Shown here: positions 54,496-64,000 of the stretch, one piece after another | Layout: each line of letters opens with the position of its first letter | Numbering within the stretch: position 1 is the first letter of the stretch | From: Eledone cirrhosa | Taxonomy: Eukaryota | DNA: 64,000 nucleotides | Reading direction: 5' to 3' | NCBI GenBank assembly: GCA_964016885.1 | Contig: OZ024755.1 | Coordinates: 22,258,001-22,322,000, forward strand | Notes under the pieces: generated by a model | What the model was told of the DNA's origin: nothing | The model's input: the letters and a program-made list of their open reading frames with translations, nothing else | The model's database searches: none | Program-made: the position numbers and the translations under genes

Positions 54496-55109
54496 TTAAT
54501 TAATATTATAACCCTCCTCACACTGTTTATACTGCTATGACACAGAAATTTTAATGATTCAATAATTCATCATATTAATGAAAAATCGCTAGTTATTATT
54601 GTGGCAAATAAAGAAATTATTATTATCATTATTACTATTAGTATAAAGTACCAGTAATGCACTGGGTAATTATTGGCCTTGTTCCAAACGTAGAAACAAT
54701 TATTACTATTAGTATTAAAACTAAATATTGATATCGTGTTTCGTCAAAGGGGCTTTCGAAATCAATCTTGACAAATTTGGTCACATGAGTTTATATATTT
54801 TGATTACGTCTTTCAATTTAATTGAGATTCTATGTTTCCTGTTTGTCATTTATCAGCCTTTTGCATTATGTTGAATGCTTTCGTTTTTTGTTGTTGTTGT
54901 TGTTTGTTGTGTGTGTGAGTAAAAGGTAGAATACAAACCACCTGGAAATTTATATGTAAATCGATGAAATACCTATATTCATTGTCGTCTCTTTAACTAC
55001 TGCTGTCATTGTGATAATCATCATCATCATCATCGCCATCATAATCACTTCAGCATCCGCCTCCACCCTTTTCCTTTCTGTCTTCATTAGATAATAATAA
55101 TAATAATAC

Positions 55110-55250
55110 AGGTTTCTGATTTTGGCACAAGGCCAGCAATTTTGGGGCTGAGGAGAAAGTCGATTAAATCGACCCCAGTACGTTACTGGAACTTTATTTT
55201 ATTGACCCTGTAATGGTGAAAGGCAAAATTAATCTTGGCAGGATTTGAAA
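55110..55250 (-). mobile_element. Headless SINE A, followed by further decayed copies to about 56130
   Basis: Motif match; ends ggatttgaaa. Confidence 0.8.
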
Positions 55251-56334
55251 TAATAATAATTTCTTCATTCATAATAATAATAATAAATGGTTCTGATATT
55301 TGCCACAAGGGCCCGAAATGGGAGACATTAACAAAGAAAAAAAGAAGAGAAATCTAATAGTGATTTCTCAAAATTGCCACCAGGCCACACATTTTAGGAA
55401 GAGGGTGTAAATCAATAAAATCAAATCCTAGTATATTATTGATGTTTATTTTATTGACACCTTGTAGGATTTGAACTGAGAACATAAAGGGGCAGAACTA
55501 GAAGACAATAATAATAATAATTTCTAATGCAGGTGGAATGCCATAGATTATGGGAGAAAGGTTTATAATCGATTAAATCAATCCATGTACCTGACTGGTA
55601 CATATTTTATTGGCACCGGAAGGATATGAGGCAAAATTGATCTTGGAAGATTTTGTTCTAAGTTCAAATCTTGCTGATCTCAACTGTGCCTTTAAATCTT
55701 TTTTGGTTAATAAAACAAAGTACAAATCAAGTATTAAGGGGTTGACATAATTGACTTAAAGTGTTGAAAGGCAGAGTCATTAGAACGTTGGATAGAATGC
55801 TTTTTGGTATTCTTTCCAGCTTTCTGCTTTCTGAATTCAAATCCCACTGAGGTCAACTTTGCCTTTTATCTATTAAAGGTCGATAAAAAAAAGTACCAGT
55901 CTAGTTCTGGAGTCGATTTTTTCACTTCCTCTCTCTTACTGCCTATTCTTTTCTGGAAGAAATCTGTTGTACTCGGATCTGAAGAGTGATGGGCTTGCCA
56001 GGCTTAAAATGCTCAAGAAACGTCTTATGTCAATGTGGTGCCTCACGACTCTATCAGGAGTTACAGAACCATACCATAATTGATTTACCTGTCCTTCCAA
56101 ATTGCTGACTCTGGGCCTAAATTAGAAACCATGGTTAGAAATCATTTTCATATTTAATATAGTTTTACAGTCACTGCCTCAGTATTTCACAAGTATCTGA
56201 GTTCAAATCCAATTAAGAGCAGTTAACTCTTCATCTCTCGAGAGTTAACTAAATGAAGTAAATAATTGTATTATACTGTTTCCATTGATCAACTACACCC
56301 TTCATCTTCTTCTTCATCCACTTATTCCTGAGAG

Positions 56335-57350
56335 GGTCATTTGGTTAGTTCAGGAAAGGCATCCAGCTGTAAAATACTTGGCCAAATTGTCCTTGCCGGA
56401 GCAAGGTGTGACATGGCCAACCACGGCCAGACTTGCCTCCCGGCATGGACGACCAGTCTAACCCATGGAAGAATTGACACTAAACAGAAATAATGATGAT
56501 GATCATACAAGTTGTCATGTTGATGACACAAAAAAAACATCCACTCGACCCTGTAAGGTAATTGTGCTGGTGAAAAACTGTAATGTGGTTGGCATTTGGA
56601 AGGGCATCTAGCCATAGAAACCTAGCCAAAGTACAGATGCGTATGTGCAAGATGTGGTCTCCTGATCTAACTTGTCCCATGACAACTTGTTTGTCGAACT
56701 CTCTAGTGCTAGTGCCATGAAAAGTCCACCCTGCAAACCCTGCTATAGGAATGGTAAACTGCTCTAGAAACTATGCTAAATGCATTGAAGTGTATTTAGT
56801 TGTATCAGAGCATGACAACCTCTCTAGTGTTGGTAATCTACACAATAAATGTGCCCAGTACACTCTGTATATTTGTTGTTATTAGGAAGGGCATCCAGCT
56901 GTAGAAAACTTGTCAAACAATGAGGATACTTTAGTTGTGCCATATACATGTCAATATACCTGGTGTTGGCAGGTTTTCTATGGTTGGATGTTCTTCCTAT
57001 CACCAACCACTTTACGGATTGTACTGGGTGCTATTGTTGTGTAGATCACCAGCACTAGAGAGCTTATCATGCCCTTGACACAATTGGAATTTTTTAAAAT
57101 TTTAATTTTTTAAAATTTTATTTTAAATGGTTTCTACTGCTAGATGCCCTTCATGTCACCAGCCACCATAAAGAATGTACTGGGTGAATTTTTCATGGAA
57201 CCAGCACTAGAAAGAGGCTTTTGTTTTGTGAATGAAAGGTCTTCTCGATTCTTTTGGCATGGTTTCTACACTCGGAAGCCCTTCTTAACAACGACTACTT
57301 TACAGAGTGTGCTGGGTGCGTTTTACCAGGGTACTGTTAGTAAGGAGGTT
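56335..57350. mobile_element. Cluster of old RTE-UTR-derived elements in both orientations
   Basis: aggaagggcatccagctgtagaaa motif three times on + and three times on -. Confidence 0.7.
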
Positions 57351-58129
57351 GCTGGTATTAGACAGAACAAAATGACATTCTATACTCTATGATGGGGATA
57401 TGGAGAGGAAATAGGATTGGGGCAGGATGAAGGATGATAGGTATATCATGGGTAAGTTGGTAAGATTTGGTGGTTGATAGGTTCATGATGGTGAGGGGTG
57501 AAGAAGTATCTCATGGATATAGTGCTCTGGAATTGTCATGGTTTGTTGTTTTGTTTTTAAGTTGAATGATGGCAGAGTAAAATATAGTAGTGCCATGGAA
57601 GATTATTCTGATACATATACTCCAGTATATATCAAATGTGGGTGGAAGAGAGTGAATGGTATAATGTGATAAGAACATTAAAAACACTACTGAGCCAATA
57701 AGTCATTGAGCCCACTTGAAATACCTACTATAACTCTCTCATATCACACCGTCATCTTAACTCTTGTACCACGTCCTGTACCGCATATAACCCGCATTGG
57801 TAAGAGATTCTTGAAAAGTACAAAACAGCACTGATACTACATCTCATTATAAATTAAAGTCTTTACTTTAATATTACAAATTTTCACAACGATCTGCCCA
57901 CTATAAACAATTGAATTAACAAACCCATTTTTAGATATTTCTACTAAATCATTACAGGATTGTTAAGAGTTAAAATAATGAAGAACATTTGGGATAATGT
58001 AGTCCTACATATGCTGTGCCTGAAAACAATATTGAATGGTTACAACTGGAATCACTTTAATCATATAGGTTTGCTGGGACTAAATAATGACACTATTACT
58101 ACATGGATTTTATACAATATATCACCTTC

Positions 58130-59355
58130 CTTGTCCAACCCATGCCAGTATGGAAGAAAGATGTTCTCCCTATAATCAGCTATATCCCTATTTCTTCTCC
58201 AACCCATGCCAACATGGAAGCATGATGTGATTCCTACTCCCAGTTATATCTCTGTTTCTTGACTAACCCATGCCAACATGGAAGCATGATGTGATCCCTA
58301 CTCCCAGTTATATCTGTTTCTTGACTAACCCATGCCAACATGGAAGCATGATGTGATCCCTACTCCCAGTTATATCTCTGTTTCTTGACTAACCCATGCC
58401 AACATGGAAGCATGATGTGATCCCTACTCCCAGTTATATCTGTTTCTTGACTAACCCATGCCAACATGGAAGCATGATGTGATCCCTACTCCCAGTTATA
58501 TCTCTGTTTCTTGACTAACCCATGCCAACATGGAAGCATGATGTGATCCCTACTCCCAGTTATATCTCTGTTTCTTGACTAACCCATGCCAACATGGAAG
58601 CATGATGTGATCCCTACTCCCAGTTATATCTGTTTCTTGACTAACCCATGCCAACATGGAAGCATGATGTGATCCCTACTCCCAGTTATATCTCTGTTTC
58701 TTGACTAACCCATGCCAACATGGAAGCATGATGTGATCCCTACTCCCAGTTATATCTCTGTTTCTTGACTAACCCATGCCAACATGGAAGCATGATGTGA
58801 TCCCTACTCCCAGTTATATCTCTGTTTCTTGACTAACCCATGCCAACATGGAAGCATGATGTGATCCCTACTCCCAGTTATATCTCTGTTTCTTGACTAA
58901 CCCATGCCAACATGGAAGCATGATGTGATCCCTACTCCCAGTTATATCTCTGTTTCTTGACTAACCCATGCCAACATGGAAGCATGATGTGATCCCTACT
59001 CCCAGTTATATCTCTGTTTCTTGACTAACCCATGCCAACATGGAAGCATGATGTGATCCCTACTCCCAGTTATATCTCTGTTTCTTGACTAACCCATGCC
59101 AACATGGAAGCATGATGTGATCCCTTCTCCCAGTTATATCTCTGTTTCTTGACTAACCCATGCCAACATGGAAGCATGATGTGATCCCTACTCCCAGTTA
59201 TATCTGTTTCTTGACTAACCCATGCCAAGATGTGATCCCTACTCCCAGCTATATCCCTGGTCCTTGTCCAATCCATGCCAGTATGGAAGAAAGATGTGAT
59301 CCCTACTCCCAGCTATATCCTTGGTCCTTCTCCAACCTATGCCAGTATGGAAAGC
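58130..59355 (+). repeat. 64-bp minisatellite (about 17 homogeneous plus 3 diverged edge units) containing the RTE 3'-tail motif
   Basis: Unit ctaacccatgccaacatggaagcatgatgtgatccctactcccagttatatctctgtttcttga, with 62-bp variants. Confidence 0.95.
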
Positions 59356-59619
59356 CTGGCACACCTCACAAAATACTACCCAAAACAACTCACTCTCTTC
59401 TAGGCTACCCTCATGACCCAACACTTCCTCTCTCACAGTGGTATGAACCCCCCACCCCCACACACTCTCATCAATGCCTTTTGGATGTAATTTTACTTTC
59501 TGGCACTTTAGTTTCACAATCAAATTGGTGTATATCAGTATAGGATTAGAGTAGCAGTCCCCCCCCCCCCACACACACACACACACCTCCCACAGCACAG
59601 GTACACTTTATGTCTGCAG

Positions 59620-60290
59620 GTGAATAAATAAATAGTCCAGCAGATGTTTCAGTCGCTGATGGCACCCCCTGTAAAACCACTTTTCAGGGAGCTGGAAGAT
59701 GTTTTTCATGGTCAAATCATATTCAGTGCATAGCTTCAGAAATTGTCCATTATTGTTGAGATTTCCTTTTCCAAAGTGACCTAATGCACCGTCCTACATT
59801 TGGTAACCTCTGCCCATTCTTGCATTAAAATAACCTTGGATAAACATCTTGTCAGTTGATGGCACCATGTCCCGGTGTCTACACAGCAGTGAGCCAAAGA
59901 ATTCTTCCTTCTTATTCTATATATCTGCCATTGTAGGAGCTTAGGCACTGAAAACAGTGATGCTTCAGTTTCCATCCAGGGTCAATCTCACTTTCATCCT
60001 GTCAGATGTAGCAACAGGAAGTGACACTAGTTTGCTGACAAGGATGTTTGCAATGTCTAGGCCAACTCTAGCTTCACTCTGTACTGCATCCTCATTTCCT
60101 AATCAGAAGAAGGAGCTGTATGTAGTTTTACCCTCTTAACCCTCAGCACTCCTTTCCCCCTCAATCATGTCACTGACAAGGCTGTGATATTTATACACCA
60201 GCTCCCTACATATAGTAATTCTTCACTCTGGTGTTCCACAAGTGGCTACATCCAACATCATTCTGACATTACAACATCCAAAAACTAAAC
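59620..60290 (-). pseudogene. Decayed AP-endonuclease region of an RTE (BovB-like) LINE
   Basis: Minus strand RVGLDIANILVSKLVSLPVATSDRMKVRLTLDGN*SITVFSA*APTM..VPSTDKMFIQGYFNARMG..ALGHFGKGNLNNNGQ resembles the APE SAYAPT and GDFNARVG motifs. Confidence 0.8.
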
Positions 60291-60506
60291 TGTATTAACT
60301 TCTCTTTTCCTTTCTTAGTTTCTTAGCACAACGATGAAGACTCCACAAAACATGGTACTCCAGTTCTATATATTTGAATAAATGCTATTTCAGTTGATAT
60401 ACTATAGCTATATTCTAATAGTAATCTATATTATAAGAGCACTGTCTGTCTGTCCATCTGTCTATCTCCCTGTCTGTCACACTCACATTATATAGAGAGG
60501 GGGAAG

Positions 60507-60721
60507 GGCGGTGGATTGGCAGTATCGGTAGAGGGTCGGACGCCATGCTTTGCAGCAGCATAAAGTTACGCCCCTTTATGATCTGAGTTCAAATCCCGCC
60601 GAGGTTAACTTTGCCTTTCATCCTTACGGGGTCGATAAAATAAAGTACCAGTCACGCACTGGGGTCAATTTAAACGACTCCCCCCCCCCCAAATTGCTGG
60701 CCTTGTGCCTATATACGAAAT
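60507..60721 (+). mobile_element. SINE A, full length, TSD cattatatagagagg
   Basis: Head, core, tail and flanking duplication. Confidence 0.92.
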
Positions 60722-61057
60722 CATTATATAGAGAGGAGGAGTGCCAAGCAAGAGATATGTACATAGATAGAAAAAAGGGAAAGCCATGTGTTTTTGAGGT
60801 GACAGAAAGAGGTAACTAGACAGAAAGTTACGACATCGCTCTCATCTATATAGAGAGAAGGGGAGCGTCAAATGAGAGATATATACATAGAGAGAGAAAA
60901 GGAATGTCATTTGTTAAGAGAGAGAGAGAGAGAGAGAGAGTGTGTGTGTGTGTGTGACAGAAAGAGGGAGAAGACGTCGCCATCATGTAGTAAGTCTAAT
61001 AGCTACAAGGTTTCCATCAGTTATCATATAACTGAAGTCTCTTGCTCTTGGCCATTT

Positions 61058-61180
61058 ATGTTCTGAGTTCAAATCCTGCTGAAGTTAGCTTTGCCTTTCA
61101 TCCTTACGGGATCGATAAAATAAAGTACCAGTAATGCACTGGGATAATTGCTGGCCTTGTGCCTAATGTAGAAACAATTA
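61058..61180 (+). mobile_element. SINE A, partial
   Basis: B box to (ATT)n tail. Confidence 0.85.
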
Positions 61181-61773
61181 TTATTATTACTACTATTATC
61201 ATCATGTTTACATGATCATTTTCAAGCTGACATGTGTTGGATAGGACTTTTTGATACAGTTTTTACGGCTTCATTCCTTTCCTTTACCCACCTCATAGAG
61301 CAGAGATGTGGTACACTTATTCTAAAAATTGAGGCAAACACGCAGACATGACAATAAAATCTCTTCTTTATGTGTGTGTTTGTGTACGCCTGTGTGTGTG
61401 CGTGTGTGTGTGTACTTCGACTCATAAAAAAAATTCCTCACCTTTCAGAATATATTACTGTTTACAAAAGGCAAGTGGCTACCTCATCAATTGTCTCTTA
61501 TGAAATTGAGAGAATATTTTTTATAAACATTTGTACATTGTACAACTATTTCCCTGCTGTGATAATAGGTCATTGATCAAGTTAGCAACAACCAGATGAC
61601 TGAAATTATTACAAACAGAGACATAACTAGAGTGTAGCACATGCCATGGGTGCTGCTTGGACTAGCAACACTTTCTATTAAAGTCTAACTTTGTCCACAT
61701 CAGAGACAAATTTGCATCAATAAAAGTAAAGAAGATGCAGTTGTAATTTTCATGTATTATTTTCAATTAAAAA

Positions 61774-62729
61774 GGCCGGTGGTTTGGCAGTATTGGTAGA
61801 CCGTCAAAGGGCGGTGGTTTGGCAGTATTGGTAGACCGTCAAAGTGTGGTGGTTTGGCAGTATTGGTAGACCGTCAAAGGGCGGTGGTTTGGCAGTATTG
61901 GTAGACCGTCAAAGGGCGGTGGTTTGGCAGTATTGGTAGAGCGTCAAAGTGTGGTGGTTTGGCAGTATTGGTAGAGCGTCAAAGGGTGGTGGTTTGGCAG
62001 TATTGGTAGAGCGTCAAAGTGTGGTGGTTTGGCAGTATTGGTAGAGCGTCAAAGGGTGGTGGTTTGGCAGTATTGGTAGACCGTCAAAGGGTGGTGGTTT
62101 GGCAGTATTGGTAGAGCGTCAAAGGGTGGTGGTTTGGCAGTATTGGTAGAGCGTCAAAGGGTGGTGGTTTGGCAGTATTGGTAGACCGTCAAAGGGCGGT
62201 GGTTTGGCAGTATTGGTAGACCGTCAAAGGGCGGTGGTTTGGCAGTATTGGTAGAGCGTCAAAGTGTGGTGGTTTGGCAGTATTGGTAGAGCGTCAAAGG
62301 GTGGTGGTTTGGCAGTATTGGTAGACCGTCAAAGGGTGGTGGTTTGGCAGTATTGGTAGAGCGTCAAAGGGTGGTGGTTTGGCAGTATTGGTAGAGCGTC
62401 AAAGGGCGGTGGTTTGGCAGTATTGGTAGAGCGTCAAAGGGCGGTGGTTTGGCAATATTGGTAGAGCGTCAAAGGGCGGTGGTTTGGCAGTATTGGTAGA
62501 GCGTCAAAGGGTGGTGGTTTGGCAGTATTGGTAGACCGTCAAAGGGTGGTGGTTTGGCAGTATTGGTAGAGCGTCAAGCACCATGCTTTCCAGCATAGTT
62601 ACGCCCCTTTGCGATCTGAGTTCAAATCCCGCCGAGGTTAACTTTGCCTTTCATCCTTACGTGGTCGATAAAATAAAGTACCAGTAATGCACTGGGATAA
62701 TTGCTGGCCTTGTGCCAAAAATAGAAACA
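61774..62729 (+). mobile_element. SINE A whose 5' 35 bp (A-box segment) is amplified 23 times
   Basis: ggtttggcagtattggtaga(c/g)cgtcaaagggcggt at 35-bp period from 61781 to 62551, then a normal body; 18-bp TSD attattttcaattaaaaa at 61756-61773 and 62730-62747. Confidence 0.93.
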
Positions 62730-63625
62730 ATTATTTTCAATTAAAAAATTAAGAAATACGATTAGTATTTTTGAGCTGATTTTATGGTTATTTGAAAGAT
62801 GGGTGTCAGATGTTTGGCAAGCAGAGGCTCAATTTCACTGCTTGCCATAGGCACTGTTTTCCCTAGATACACCTCTGGTTACAAGAATACTATACAAGAA
62901 TGTTAGATGCCAACTGTAGGTTTGTGCAATTAGAATGTTTTGCTTACTACTTAATGTAATAATATCAGGATAATACATTTTAAAATATTGATCTCTTTTC
63001 ACTGAGTAGAAGGTTGAATTTTTCATGGAAAAGTAGTGCAGCTGATTGAATTGACTGCTGCAGTATGTTGTTACTTGCAATAATTTTATTGACTCTGGAG
63101 AGATGAAAGCTAAATCGACTCCAATGAGATTTAAAATCAGAATTATAAATCAAACCTATAATCACTGTTAATGTTTACTGTCAACAACTAGATTGATGGA
63201 ATAGTACACTAAAGGAAAAGATATCAGGTTTTACCCTCTTACCATAGCTCGATATTATACAGAAAATGTAGATGTTACTCATGAAAAACTGCCATAACAT
63301 TCATCAATATTCTTCTGATTTTCCTCTTTCAGAACATTGACTATTTAAACATTTTTTAATGTTTGTCTTGTTTATAGAAACCTATATCTTCTAACTCTAT
63401 TCAGTAAGTTTAATGATAAAAAGTAAGCTTCTCTTCTACACAAGATCTAACTGCAGACGATAGCACATTTCACCTTAGAATAACCTGGATTTTTTTTACA
63501 AATAAAACATTGAATAGCTTTAAAATCATGATACACACATATTCACATACTTACACTTAAACACATATGCATTCATACATATAAACATACATACAGACAA
63601 GATCTTCTATGATATAAGATACAAT

Positions 63626-63843
63626 TTAACACTTTACCATTTACATTACTCTATATATACTATTATATTTTTCTGGCAAAGGCTTTACCTCACATAATTA
63701 TCTCATATAATATCAAATCTTGAGATTCTATATTATTTATTTTGAGAAGAGTACCTTAACATCAGTATGAGCGACTGGTTACAGCCAGTTTGAACAGAAA
63801 GGGGTGAGAGAATTCTTGCCAGATACAGCCGGTTTAAATGCTA
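63626..63843 (-). mobile_element. piggyBac-type MITE, right end lost to a (TA)n tract
   Basis: ttaacactttaccatttacattactct ... ccggtttaaatgcta. Confidence 0.8.
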
Positions 63844-63857
63844 TATATATCTATATG

Positions 63858-63888
<31 letters not shown>

Positions 63889-64000
63889 CTATATGTATAT
63901 ATATAGCGTCTAACCCATGCTAGTGTGGAAGAACGGACGTAAAACGGTGATGATGATATATATATACACACATATATATATATATACACATATATATTTA

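Noticed and set aside
55975-56025. Hammerhead-like CTGAAGA...GAAACGTC
   Set aside because: Stem II and stem I pairing are not convincing
58130-59355. CRISPR-like 64-bp periodicity
   Set aside because: Whole units are identical, so there are no variable spacers
61774-62580. CRISPR-like array (35-bp repeats)
   Set aside because: No unique spacers, no cas genes, eukaryotic context; it is an amplified SINE head

Overview
AT-rich, microsatellite-dense animal genomic DNA, most likely a cephalopod (octopus-like SINEs, RTE LINE tails with (GAT)n ends), with a 200-N scaffold gap at 48400-48599. I could not recognise any host protein-coding exon. Nearly all long ORFs in the track are artefacts of (TA)n/(TG)n or satellite DNA. 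The only real coding sequences are retrotransposon pieces. These are a young 5'-truncated RTE LINE whose RT carries an in-frame C4HC3 (PHD-type) finger, decayed RTE RT and APE fragments, an L1/Tx1-like 3' end and a CRE-clade zinc-knuckle/RLE fragment. The window also holds about 25 tRNA-derived SINE copies, six piggyBac-type MITEs, other MITEs and many minisatellites, two of them built from SINE/LINE parts. The most notable signal is a set of minimal hammerhead-ribozyme motifs of the Penelope-like type, one with an intact core. They occur with a family of (TA)n-associated 'tail + hairpin' fold-back elements. A CpG-retaining block at about 39-55 kb may mark an unmethylated promoter or first-exon region. 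All calls come from reading the sequence by eye; boundaries of old repeats are approximate.
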